From IMG/VR virus record IMGVR_UViG_3300017781_004450, positions 1 through 64,000 of that record: 64,000 nt of DNA. One strand, given 5' to 3'. The position numbers and the translations under genes are program-made. Positions 45,593-55,439 of the stretch are shown here, piece by piece. The number at the start of each line of letters is the position of its first letter. Position 1 is the first letter of the stretch. The stretch comes from a virus. The notes beneath the pieces were generated by a model. That model did no database searches and was not told the DNA's origin. It saw nothing but the letters and a program-made list of their open reading frames with translations.

Positions 45593-46974
45593 TGTCTGAA
45601 TTAGACAAATATACAGACGCCATAGCCAAGGCCGCTGGCACAAAAACATTTTGTGTTTTACCATGGATACACTTTGCAACAAGACCTAACGGAGATATGA
45701 GATTATGTTGTTCGTCAAATGCTAGTGGTGCAGGTGGTGATCACGAAGTAGGTTTAGTTAAAATGAATCATGGCAAGCCTGCAAACTTTGGTCACGAAAC
45801 TCCTATGGAAGCATGGAATAATGATTACATGAAAAATGTAAGAACCACAATGCTTGAAGGTAATATTCCTGCAAGTTGTAAAAAATGCTTTGAGGAAGAG
45901 AAGAAAGGAGTTGCAAGTAAACGTGTTTGGGAAAGTTATACTTGGATGGAAGATGGTGTTGATATACCTGAACTTGTAAGACAAACAAAAGAAGATGGCA
46001 CAGTTCCTGAAAATTTAAAATATTTAGACTTACGTTTAGGACATACATGTAATATTAAATGCGTCATGTGTTCACCACACGATAGTAGCAAGTGGGTCGC
46101 TGACCATAAAAAATTAATTCCTGTATTAGAAGATCCTGAAGTTAAAAGGCAAATGCAATGGGATAGAAAAGAGTTCAATAACAAATGGCATGAAAAAGAT
46201 ACGTTTTGGGAAGAAATGAATGCACAGATTCCTAACTTAAAACAAGTATACTTTGCAGGCGGCGAGCCGTTAATGATTAGAGAACACAAAAGATTTATTG
46301 AAGAAATTATCAGGCAAGGATATCAAGATAAAATACTGTTACGCTATAACAGTAACGGATTGCTAGTTGATGATGATTTGATTGAGCTTTGGTCAAAGTT
46401 TAAGAAAGTTAAATTTGCTGTAAGCATGGACGCTAGTCACGAACGTGACGAATACATACGTTTTCCTACAAACTTTGAAACTGTAGAAAAAACATTACAC
46501 ATGTTAGATAACACACCTGACAACATACAAACAAGTTTAGCAACAGCAATTCAAATATTCAACGTAAAACACTTACCAGACTTTATGAAATGGAAACTAG
46601 AAAGCGGCTTTAAAAAATTAAATGTTGGTGAAGTTCCAGGTGGAGTACAAATGGGCGGTGGGCTAGTTAACATGCACTTACTATACATTCCAACATTTCT
46701 AAGTATACAAATTTTACCTAAAGAAGATAAAGAAGAAGTTAAAGAACGTTTTATGGACTTCAAAGATTGGCTATGGAAAAACTATAGACAAGATGACGAA
46801 TATTGGAAACATAATCCATATGGGTGGAAACGTTGGGAAGCAGTTCTTAATCATATGAATGCACAGGACAACAGTCACTTATTACCAGGCTTCAAGGAAT
46901 ACACAAATAAACTTGATGCTATACGAGGTTTAGAAGCAGCAAAGGTATTTCCAGAGTTAGCACATCTACTATGA
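45592..46974 (+). CDS. Twitch-domain (N-terminal) radical SAM protein
   Basis: FC..PW...CC...C..C N-terminal domain; CNIKCVMC; AGGEP. Confidence 0.9.
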   Translation: MSELDKYTDAIAKAAGTKTFCVLPWIHFATRPNGDMRLCCSSNASGAGGDHEVGLVKMNHGKPANFGHETPMEAWNNDYMKNVRTTMLEGNIPASCKKCFEEEKKGVASKRVWESYTWMEDGVDIPELVRQTKEDGTVPENLKYLDLRLGHTCNIKCVMCSPHDSSKWVADHKKLIPVLEDPEVKRQMQWDRKEFNNKWHEKDTFWEEMNAQIPNLKQVYFAGGEPLMIREHKRFIEEIIRQGYQDKILLRYNSNGLLVDDDLIELWSKFKKVKFAVSMDASHERDEYIRFPTNFETVEKTLHMLDNTPDNIQTSLATAIQIFNVKHLPDFMKWKLESGFKKLNVGEVPGGVQMGGGLVNMHLLYIPTFLSIQILPKEDKEEVKERFMDFKDWLWKNYRQDDEYWKHNPYGWKRWEAVLNHMNAQDNSHLLPGFKEYTNKLDAIRGLEAAKVFPELAHLL

Positions 46975-47975
46975 GAGAATTAATTAAAATTGCTACTACA
47001 CAAGATCCTGAAACATTAGATATTAGGTTCTGGCCAACTGACATTTGTAACTTCTCTTGCGAATACTGTTTTCCAGGTAGTGTTACTAACAGACTTCGCT
47101 ATCCTAAAAATATAGATACAGTAATAAAAAACTTTAGAGCATTATTTGATTATTATACATTAGCACATAATAAAACACATTTTAAGATTAACGTTGTAGG
47201 TGGAGGCGAGCCTACATTATGGCCTCACTTTGCAAAGTTTTGTAAAGAAATAAAAGAAAATCATAGTGTTCATATACAATGTACCACTAACGGAAGTAGA
47301 ACTGTAAGATGGTTTGAAAAAAATACACAAGATGTAGATGAGTTTGTTTTAAGTTGCCATCAAAAAGATGTAGACATTGATAACTTTATTGCAGTTGCTG
47401 ATCATCTCTTTGGAAGAGGAACAGATGTAACCGCACTTATGTTAATGGATGCAACAGCGTGGGATAGATGTATCGAACTAATTGAGAAAATGAAAACCAG
47501 TAAGCAACGCTGGATTATACAAGCAAAAGAAGTAGTAGATGCTCCCGGCTACGATATAGGTAGTTACAATGATGAACAAATGAAATACTTGCAGCAGCCA
47601 ATAAAACGTGCTCCAGATTCGGATTGGATTATATCTAACCTACATAGATTTAGAATACATGAAAGTATAGCAATATATGATAACGATGCTATAGTACCTG
47701 CAACACCAAACAAATATATTATGGAACAGGCAAACTATTTTAAAGGCTGGAAATGCAACGTTGCTATAGAAAATTTAGTTATTACACATGACGGTAGAGT
47801 TACAGGTAGTTGTCAAGAACAAGTATTTGCTGATGCAAATATTAGTATGTTTGCAGAGGATTTTATTTTAAGATTTAATAAAGCACAAATGGATTTAAAA
47901 ACTATTATTTGTCCAAGGACTAGTTGTAGTTGTCAACCTGACACACACATTACGAAATGGAAAGTTCCTTTGTAA
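46971..47975 (+). CDS. Radical SAM protein with SPASM/twitch-like C-terminus
   Basis: CNFSCEYC; GGGEP; TNG; C...C...C.C..D. Confidence 0.9.
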   Translation: MRELIKIATTQDPETLDIRFWPTDICNFSCEYCFPGSVTNRLRYPKNIDTVIKNFRALFDYYTLAHNKTHFKINVVGGGEPTLWPHFAKFCKEIKENHSVHIQCTTNGSRTVRWFEKNTQDVDEFVLSCHQKDVDIDNFIAVADHLFGRGTDVTALMLMDATAWDRCIELIEKMKTSKQRWIIQAKEVVDAPGYDIGSYNDEQMKYLQQPIKRAPDSDWIISNLHRFRIHESIAIYDNDAIVPATPNKYIMEQANYFKGWKCNVAIENLVITHDGRVTGSCQEQVFADANISMFAEDFILRFNKAQMDLKTIICPRTSCSCQPDTHITKWKVPL

Positions 47976-48861
47976 GAGGGATGTCAGCGGCACAAGTACA
48001 CCACTTACGAGTACAAGTTATCCAATCTTCCGGTTGTTCAAAACTACCGTCATAAATGTTACCTATACTTCCGCCAACTCTACAAGTAGCACGGTGAACT
48101 TCACCGTCCCAATTAATCATTAGGCTTTCTATACCTGCACTACACTTCCAACCTTCAAATTGATTTAGATGTTTTTTAATAACATCGTTGGCATGCATTT
48201 CTTCTTTATCGTCAATAATAACATTAGGCTTTGCTGTTGATGTTTGATTAAGTATCCATTCTAAATCTTTACCTTCATATTTTAAATCATCAAACACATC
48301 ATGGTCACCTTCTGTCCATCGTATTCGTCTTACAACATAAGGAATGCTGTGTCCGTCAAACATTGTAGCACATTCTTTTACTCTATCCATAAGTTTATGA
48401 TGTGCCATTAAGTTGACTTGAAATGGCTTTTTTGTATATGCACCTTCATTTATCTGAGAAAACATTAATACAGTTTCTGCACATCTTCTCCAATGTTCAT
48501 CGTCTTCTACATGCAAACTAAACACAATATGATTTACATTAAGATCACTGTAGTACTGTGCTGTCCGTGTGCCGTTAGTAGTTACATTGATCCAATCAAC
48601 ACGCTGACTTGCATGATCAACAAGTTCCGTAAACTTTGGGTGTACGCAAGGTTCACCGCCTGTAAAACTTACACGCATTGATTTATCAATTTCAGATAGT
48701 GCATCAACTGCATCTAACAATACTTTAATATTTGTATGTGGGCTGGTGTTATCGTGTATTTCTGTTGGGCAGTAACTACAATCAAAGTTACAACGTTTGC
48801 CAAGGTTCCACTCAACATGAACACTATCTTGATGCGGCCATTTGCTTATTACTTTATGCAT
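47950..48861 (-). CDS. Radical SAM protein with SPASM/twitch-like C-terminus
   Basis: CNFDCSYC; TGGEP; C.AG...C...C..WCTC.AD. Confidence 0.9.
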   Translation of the reverse strand: MHKVISKWPHQDSVHVEWNLGKRCNFDCSYCPTEIHDNTSPHTNIKVLLDAVDALSEIDKSMRVSFTGGEPCVHPKFTELVDHASQRVDWINVTTNGTRTAQYYSDLNVNHIVFSLHVEDDEHWRRCAETVLMFSQINEGAYTKKPFQVNLMAHHKLMDRVKECATMFDGHSIPYVVRRIRWTEGDHDVFDDLKYEGKDLEWILNQTSTAKPNVIIDDKEEMHANDVIKKHLNQFEGWKCSAGIESLMINWDGEVHRATCRVGGSIGNIYDGSFEQPEDWITCTRKWCTCAADIPLTKELSIS

Positions 48862-49658
48862 TGTACACCTTTAACTTCATTATATTTTTTTAAATGTGTT
48901 ATGTCAATATCTTCAATTAGATCTGCTACAGGAATCATTCCTAAATTAAAATTTTTAAATTTAAATGATTGTAACTTTATCCATAAATTTATATAAATTT
49001 TTCTTAGTAAGTACATTGGATAAGGTATTGTAGGACCAAACTTAACCATAAAATCTGCACTATAAAATTCTTGAGGTCTTATTCCTTTGGCTACACCATC
49101 TTTGTCTTTAAAGATATCTAAAACTGTTTTTCCAACTTGACAATAATTTATGTATACAGTTCCGTGAGTCCATTGAAATGTAAAGTGTTTCATATCTTCT
49201 TGTGATAGGTTCATCACAGGTCTATCTTTAAAAGTAACTACTACTGTAGGATGATTCGTTGTTCGTAACTCTGCTTCTAATTTATGTATAAGAATATTAA
49301 AACGCTCTACGCATTTTTGTATTTTCTTTGGAGAATTATTAAACCATTCTGTTCCTATGGTTGCTTCGCCACGTAAGTCTTCAAAAAATTTATGCAGATA
49401 GTTTAAATCTTGTTGCATACTAGTACTATTAGTACTGATATATCGATCAATATAAACTCCACTGTGTTTTATTTCTTTAATACATTGATTAAGTTCATCA
49501 ATAAGATTATGCGTACCCCAGTTAGTAAATCTATCTATTTCGTATAATTTATAATTTTTTAAAAGTTCTTTGTGCCATTTTTTAGCAATACTAGTATTTC
49601 TAACTTTAAATGGTATACTAGTATCTTCTTTGCCGTTTGTTAATATAAGGTTAAACAT
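48849..49658 (-). CDS. Hypothetical protein associated with radical SAM genes
   Basis: 269 aa, overlaps both neighbours; LN.LH..FE, N..IH..E and Y.QVGK motifs. Confidence 0.6.
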   Translation of the reverse strand: MFNLILTNGKEDTSIPFKVRNTSIAKKWHKELLKNYKLYEIDRFTNWGTHNLIDELNQCIKEIKHSGVYIDRYISTNSTSMQQDLNYLHKFFEDLRGEATIGTEWFNNSPKKIQKCVERFNILIHKLEAELRTTNHPTVVVTFKDRPVMNLSQEDMKHFTFQWTHGTVYINYCQVGKTVLDIFKDKDGVAKGIRPQEFYSADFMVKFGPTIPYPMYLLRKIYINLWIKLQSFKFKNFNLGMIPVADLIEDIDITHLKKYNEVKGVQCIK

Positions 49659-50919
49659 AAGGAGCGAACTCAGGGTTGGCTGTGAGAAAGTCTTGCCCCC
49701 TAGTTTTATCTAAATTATGGTTGAATGCTATACAGTCTTGCCAATGTGTGTCGTGCATACATTTAGCCTGTAAAAAATTAATGTTGTCTTGTATTTGTTG
49801 TAGAGTAACTTTTTTAAGCAATTCATTTTCTTTTATAGCATCATAATTTAAAACTTTAGTTTTCATTGCTTCTAAGTCTTTTATTACTTTTTCTTTTAGT
49901 TCTGGCGGCACTACTTGTGCTGACAAAGACATAGGATAGTTTACTCTATGTGAGTAAAATATAATACCCATATCATTTAAGAAATAATCAATAACATCAC
50001 AAATCTGCATAATGTTATTTGCTTGGACTGTAAAAGCGCCTACTACTCTACTTACGTTAGGAAAGCTCTTAAATACTTTTACGTTTTCTTCTACTTCACT
50101 AAACTTACCATTGCCTCTAATATATTCATATGTATCATGCAAACCATCTATACTTATATTTACTGCAACACTTTTAAACTTAGGCCAGTAGTCATGAATA
50201 GTACGTCCACCTTTAATACCTAATGTTGTGCCGTTAGTAGCATACTTAATTTCTATATTTTCTCCATACTCTGCTAGTCTATCTAAAATTTTATAGTGGT
50301 ATGGATCCATCAATGGTTCACCGCCTGCAAATTCTACACGCCTAAAGAAAGGCAATAGTTTTTCAAAACTACTCCACCAGTTATCTGAGTTATCAAACGG
50401 ACCTATATACTTTCCAGGTGTATCAACTAGTTTTTCAACAGTAGGAATAAGATAGTTGTTTTCTTTTTTATAAAATTCAGTAACTTGATTCCAATCTTTC
50501 CATTGTGTGCTATCTAATGGATTGCACATACGACACTTTAAATTACAAAGATTGTTAAGTTTTATTTCCATAGTAGGAAGTTCAAACGGCATTGTATAAT
50601 CTTCGTTTAAAGCGTCTAAAGCATCAGGGTATAAGTTTACCCTTGCTTCAGGTATTACTCCTGCTATATGACGCTGTCGTAAGCTCTCTACACCCTGATC
50701 TTCAAGATCAAAGCACGGCTTACAAACATCTGGTCGCTCGTCATTCATTACCTGGCGTCTGACTTCTTTCATCTTGTCGCCATTCCACACTTCTTCTACT
50801 GTTTCATTTTGTATCCAACCAATTGGTTGACTACGACAGCATACCTTAATGGCTCCGTCTTCTCTTGTTGCCAAGCCTGTAAAAGGGTGCATACAAAATG
50901 TTTTACTTTTGCATGGCAT
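49651..50919 (-). CDS. Twitch-domain radical SAM protein
   Basis: FCMHPF...CC...C..C; CNLKCRMC; AGGEP; paralogue of 45592-46974. Confidence 0.9.
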   Translation of the reverse strand: MPCKSKTFCMHPFTGLATREDGAIKVCCRSQPIGWIQNETVEEVWNGDKMKEVRRQVMNDERPDVCKPCFDLEDQGVESLRQRHIAGVIPEARVNLYPDALDALNEDYTMPFELPTMEIKLNNLCNLKCRMCNPLDSTQWKDWNQVTEFYKKENNYLIPTVEKLVDTPGKYIGPFDNSDNWWSSFEKLLPFFRRVEFAGGEPLMDPYHYKILDRLAEYGENIEIKYATNGTTLGIKGGRTIHDYWPKFKSVAVNISIDGLHDTYEYIRGNGKFSEVEENVKVFKSFPNVSRVVGAFTVQANNIMQICDVIDYFLNDMGIIFYSHRVNYPMSLSAQVVPPELKEKVIKDLEAMKTKVLNYDAIKENELLKKVTLQQIQDNINFLQAKCMHDTHWQDCIAFNHNLDKTRGQDFLTANPEFAPYV

Positions 50920-51640
50920 TCATTACTCCCCATTGTCTTTCTTGACACCAAAAACATTTTTTGCATGTTGGTACATACTGTCCAGGTGTGTATGTTGTAT
51001 AATCTAGTCCTTTAAAAACTTCTGGATATGCATCATTGTCGCCTTCACAACTTCTAGTGATGTTTAACAGTTCAGCAATATCATTTTTTATGTATTGTTC
51101 TATAACCCAGTCTTTCTTACTTGCAACAAACGGATGGCAAACTGTTACTCCCATGTGTTCCATTATAGTATCTATAGTAGGTTCTTGTCTATCGCTCATT
51201 GCACCATCAAATTCTACATCTGGATTTAGTGTCACTGCTGCATACCAAGCATCTAAGTTTACCTTGTGTGCAAGATATTCGTTAAAAGACCTCAATATAA
51301 TTCTGTTACCTGGTTTCATTTTTCCGTAGGCATCTTTAATCATAGTTGAATTAGGCTCTTCAAGTTCAGGCGGTATAAAATTAACATGCCTTTCAAATTC
51401 AAGATCAGGAAAGTATCCCACAAACCAATCAAATACTTCTGCTGAAATATGTTCTTGCCATGGGCGTGATTTCCACATTCTAACTTGTGTGCTGATGTGT
51501 ACCTTGCAGTTGTCATGTAGATTTTTGCAAATCAAGTACGCAAGTAACGCACTATCTGCTCCTCCACTTAAACTAATACCAATGTTTTTCCATTTTATAT
51601 CGACTGGAATGGACACATTGTCGATCTTTATCTTACGCAT
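50903..51640 (-). CDS. QueC-like PP-loop ATPase
   Basis: SLSGGADS; TRSC...CKKCFWCQER; start moved to ATG 51640 (TAAATA-N5-ATG). Confidence 0.75.
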   Translation of the reverse strand: MRKIKIDNVSIPVDIKWKNIGISLSGGADSALLAYLICKNLHDNCKVHISTQVRMWKSRPWQEHISAEVFDWFVGYFPDLEFERHVNFIPPELEEPNSTMIKDAYGKMKPGNRIILRSFNEYLAHKVNLDAWYAAVTLNPDVEFDGAMSDRQEPTIDTIMEHMGVTVCHPFVASKKDWVIEQYIKNDIAELLNITRSCEGDNDAYPEVFKGLDYTTYTPGQYVPTCKKCFWCQERQWGVMNAMQK

Positions 51641-51694
51641 AACGATATTTACCAAGTTTTATACGCACATATCGTAGTTCCGGTAAATATGCAT

Positions 51695-52351
51695 ATGATC
51701 CAAAATACCAAATATACAGTACCTTTAGAGGTGATAGAGGGTGTAATGGGCGATGTTTACGAAATAGGAAAGTTTAATATTTCAGAACAGACTGGCAGTT
51801 TCTTTTATGATCCTTGGCAGTTAAAACCAGAGTACTTGGGTACACAATGGGAATCTATTTGGAATAGTTTACCAGAACCTAAAGGACAAGCTAGAATTAT
51901 TATTTTAGAATCGCCTAGTTGCTATACTTCACATGCAGACATTGACAATCGATGGCACTTAAATTTATGTGGCGACGAAGCCTATCTTATTGACTTAGAA
52001 AAAGAAGAAATGTTTAAAACTGTGCTTGACGGTAAATGGTATGACATGGACGCAGGTATTCCACACACTGCAATGAATATAGGTGCTCACATAAGAGCTC
52101 AACTAGTTGTAAGAAAGTTACTACCTAAGAATATTATTAATGATCCAAAGCATGTTAGAATAACAGGCTCAGAAGGAAACGTAAGATACGAGTTTGATAA
52201 GTATCTAAGTCCATGGTTAAACAGAGCAGCAAACAATCAAAAAGTCATTAGCAACGTAAAAGTTGTTGAGCAAGGTATAGAGTTTGACATTGAAGCAGGA
52301 TTAGTAAATCAAATTCCTGTTCCACCAAATATGAAATTAATAACGGTGTAA
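51695..52351 (+). CDS. 2OG-Fe(II)/AspH-like double-stranded beta-helix protein
   Basis: HAD...H(TAMN)...R motif; start ATG 51695 (TAAATA-N5-ATG). Confidence 0.65.
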   Translation: MIQNTKYTVPLEVIEGVMGDVYEIGKFNISEQTGSFFYDPWQLKPEYLGTQWESIWNSLPEPKGQARIIILESPSCYTSHADIDNRWHLNLCGDEAYLIDLEKEEMFKTVLDGKWYDMDAGIPHTAMNIGAHIRAQLVVRKLLPKNIINDPKHVRITGSEGNVRYEFDKYLSPWLNRAANNQKVISNVKVVEQGIEFDIEAGLVNQIPVPPNMKLITV

Positions 52352-52681
52352 TACCAATAAAGTATTTGCACTAACTTCTATTACAGTTCTTCCTTTATTT
52401 TTACGTTTTACTTCTTCCATCATAGCAGTATTGCATACATGAATGGCAGCATAGTTTAGATTATGCTCTTTTACTTTTTCAATAAGTGTAGAATACTTTT
52501 GTTGCACATCACTGCTAATTGTTAAAGATTCATCGTAAATTTTTAGTAGATACCAATCACTTATGTAAAAAGCAGCGTCACTGTTACCGTTTGTTTCTAC
52601 TAGTATTTTAACATCATCAGGTATATCGTTATAACCTTTTGCGGTCTGCCTGAATTCTTTAATAGTAGCACTTTTTAGCAT
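52337..52681 (-). CDS. Hypothetical protein
   Basis: Start moved to ATG 52681 (TAAATA 52687-52692, N5). Confidence 0.5.
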   Translation of the reverse strand: MLKSATIKEFRQTAKGYNDIPDDVKILVETNGNSDAAFYISDWYLLKIYDESLTISSDVQQKYSTLIEKVKEHNLNYAAIHVCNTAMMEEVKRKNKGRTVIEVSANTLLVLHRY

Positions 52682-52710
52682 AAGTATATTTATTATATGG
52701 AGTATTGGCA

Positions 52711-53622
52711 ATGAAAATTTTAATGACAGGATCATCTGGATTCATAGGTTCTCATTTATCCGAAAGACTAAAGAATCACGAAGTGCATCATTTGAAAAGC
52801 GATTTGCTAGATCATCAATCAGTTGCTGGCGAAGTATTATTAGTAAAACCTGATATTATTGTTCATCTTGCTGCACGTACAGAAGTCGAACAAAGTTTTT
52901 ACGAGCAGATTACATTTAGTGAAATTAATTATGTTGGCACAGTTAACTTAATTGAAACAGCAGCCAAGGTAAAAAATTTAAGAAACTTTGTGTTTGCAAG
53001 TACAATGGAAGTGTACGGGTGGCAACCTATTTCAGATGAAATTGAAGAACACGGTACACCAAAGCAATCTATAGCATTTGACGAAAACACTGTTCCTAAT
53101 CCTAATGCTCCGTATGCAGTTGCAAAGTATGGTTGTGAAAAGTATTTAGAATATGCACATCGTTGTTATGACTTTCCTTTTACAGCTCTAAGGCAAACAA
53201 ACTGCTATGGCAGAAAGGATAATGAGTTTTTTGTAACTGAACAAATTATTAATCAAATGTTAACTAATCCAGACAAGTGTAACTTAGGTTATGCTGAGCC
53301 GTATCGTAATTTTATTTTTGTTGACGATATGCTAGATGCCTGGGAAACAGTAATTAACAATCCTGATAAATGTAATGACGGAAGTATTTTTACAATTGGT
53401 CCGGATAATCCTATTAAGATTAGAGACTATGCAGAACTAATTGCTAAAAAGTTAGACTGGAAAGGAACTATCAACTGGGATACAAAACTATTTCGTGCAG
53501 GAGAGATTTACTGGCTTAACTCTAACAATACACTAATTAAGAAAAAACTAGGGTGGGAACCAAAAGTTACATTAGACGAAGGACTTGATAAAACTATCGA
53601 GATATGGAAGGCTATTGTATGA
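52711..53622 (+). CDS. NAD-dependent epimerase/dehydratase (extended SDR, nucleotide-sugar)
   Basis: GSSGFIG, HLAA, YAVAK, R.F..V.D, LGWEP; GGAG RBS. Confidence 0.9.
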   Translation: MKILMTGSSGFIGSHLSERLKNHEVHHLKSDLLDHQSVAGEVLLVKPDIIVHLAARTEVEQSFYEQITFSEINYVGTVNLIETAAKVKNLRNFVFASTMEVYGWQPISDEIEEHGTPKQSIAFDENTVPNPNAPYAVAKYGCEKYLEYAHRCYDFPFTALRQTNCYGRKDNEFFVTEQIINQMLTNPDKCNLGYAEPYRNFIFVDDMLDAWETVINNPDKCNDGSIFTIGPDNPIKIRDYAELIAKKLDWKGTINWDTKLFRAGEIYWLNSNNTLIKKKLGWEPKVTLDEGLDKTIEIWKAIV

Positions 53623-54302
53623 AATGGAACCATTACTTAAAACTTGATAGCATTGGCCGTCCTTGTATGGCACAACAAACTTATGAACCTCTTGTAAGTG
53701 AAGATGGAAAAACATTTTGTAAGAACTACGGATTTCCAAACGAATACGCATATAGAGATATACAGCATCGACCATTGTATACAAAAGAAGTTGTTGATTG
53801 GTTTTTTCAAAACGAATTAACTTATCTTGAATTATTCAAAGATAAAAAGTATGCACCAGAGGTAAAAGATATAGATTACAAAAATCAAAAAATTTACATC
53901 AAGTGGTATGGTAAAAGTTGTAACCAAGTAATTTATGATACTGAAGTTGAAGAGTGGCCAGAGTATATGTGGCGTAGACAAATTAGAGATATAATTGTTG
54001 ATCAATTTGACGAAGGTATATACAAATTAACAATGTATCCACATTGTCATTATATTACAGATTACAAACAAATGAAATGTATAGACTGGTACGGCTGTGT
54101 TCCTATTGATGATCCTTATATTGAAGAAAAGTACATGCAAGGTATTATACACGATACAGCACAATTTAGGTTAGATGAAACAGGTGAGCTTGTTGAAGAC
54201 AAAATAAACTTAGAAATTATGTTTAAGCGTAGTTTAAGCACACATGTTTTATGGGGAGATCAGAATATGAGTTACATATACGAGGAGTTATTCAATGCCT
54301 AA
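53619..54302 (+). CDS. Kinase-like-fold protein, paralogue of 58561-59253
   Basis: E..YL...APE...ID...IYI; G.YK..P; IDW; ATGA-coupled start. Confidence 0.45.
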   Translation: MKWNHYLKLDSIGRPCMAQQTYEPLVSEDGKTFCKNYGFPNEYAYRDIQHRPLYTKEVVDWFFQNELTYLELFKDKKYAPEVKDIDYKNQKIYIKWYGKSCNQVIYDTEVEEWPEYMWRRQIRDIIVDQFDEGIYKLTMYPHCHYITDYKQMKCIDWYGCVPIDDPYIEEKYMQGIIHDTAQFRLDETGELVEDKINLEIMFKRSLSTHVLWGDQNMSYIYEELFNA

Positions 54303-54867
54303 ATTTTTTGGTAGTACACAATCTATTATTGATTGGGATCCTATTGTAAAGAAATGTATGGAATGTACTACAGGTGATAAGAATACAGTTACAAGTGTAG
54401 TTGACCGTAGCGAAGCAGAATCAGATGGTCCACTACTTCAAAGTTATAGAGATATTATAGGAACATGGCAAGGTGCTGGTTATAATTTAGAAGAAATATA
54501 CTGGCATGACTACTATCCAGGTGAACATTTTGATATTGAAATACAAAATAAGTTTGCAAAACTAGTAAACGCACAGCCATTAAGAGTTTTTGTAAGCGAA
54601 GTTGATCCTGGGCGTAATGTTCCATATCATTGGGATGTCGAAGATAAAGAAGAAGAATGGTTATCATTAGGAGAGCTAAAACGTTGGGTATGCTTTATAG
54701 ATAAGCCAAGGTGGGGTAATGTTCTTATACTAGAAAACCAGTGCTTCCATAATGAAATACAAGGTAGCATATATGAATGGGATAATTATAGAAGCCATCA
54801 TGCAGGAACAAGTATGGGAATACACAAACAATACCTGTTTCATTTTTTAGGAAGGCCAAACAAATGA
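54295..54867 (+). CDS. 2OG-Fe(II)/AspH-like oxygenase
   Basis: PG...PYHWD...H.G motif. Confidence 0.65.
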   Translation: MPKFFGSTQSIIDWDPIVKKCMECTTGDKNTVTSVVDRSEAESDGPLLQSYRDIIGTWQGAGYNLEEIYWHDYYPGEHFDIEIQNKFAKLVNAQPLRVFVSEVDPGRNVPYHWDVEDKEEEWLSLGELKRWVCFIDKPRWGNVLILENQCFHNEIQGSIYEWDNYRSHHAGTSMGIHKQYLFHFLGRPNK

Positions 54868-55439
54868 AAATTAGAAATGCATTAGCAATGGGAATGACAA
54901 AGTTTTTTAGATTCTTTGCAGATACATTTTTTGCTAAAAGATATGGACACAGAGCAGTTGTACTAGAAACAGTAGCAGGTGTGCCTGGTATGGTTGCAGG
55001 CATGTGGTTGCATTTTAAAAGTTTGCGTAAAATGAAAACAGGTTTTGGTCCTGATATCAGAGAGATGTTAGAAGAAGCAGAAAATGAAAGAATGCATTTA
55101 ATGTTTTTCATTGCAATTGCTAAACCTAATGTGTTTGAAAGACTATTAGTTGTGTTAGCACAAATCATTTTTATGATATTCTATTTTATAATTTACATTA
55201 TCAGTTATAGACTTGCACACAGAATGATTGCATACTTTGAAGAAGAAGCAGTTAGGAGTTATACAGACTATCTAGCAATGGTAGAGAATGGAGAAGTAGA
55301 AAATGTTCCTGCTCCACAACTAGCAATTGATTATTACAAGATGAAAAAGACTGCTAGACTGTCAGACTTAATTAAATGTGTAAGAGCAGATGAAGAACAT
55401 CACAGTAAAGTAAATCATAGGTATGCAGATGCAGATTAA
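54864..55439 (+). CDS. aox: Alternative oxidase (di-iron ubiquinol oxidase)
   Basis: LETVAGVPGMV, EAENERMHL, FEEEAV.SY and RADE..H: all four AOX iron-binding motifs. Confidence 0.93.
   Translation: MKIRNALAMGMTKFFRFFADTFFAKRYGHRAVVLETVAGVPGMVAGMWLHFKSLRKMKTGFGPDIREMLEEAENERMHLMFFIAIAKPNVFERLLVVLAQIIFMIFYFIIYIISYRLAHRMIAYFEEEAVRSYTDYLAMVENGEVENVPAPQLAIDYYKMKKTARLSDLIKCVRADEEHHSKVNHRYADAD

Noticed and set aside
54864-55439. Cyanophage PTOX and hence a cyanobacterial host
   Set aside because: Motifs are AOX-type (LETVAGVPGM rather than the PTOX ARVPYF type), and no photosynthesis genes are in the window
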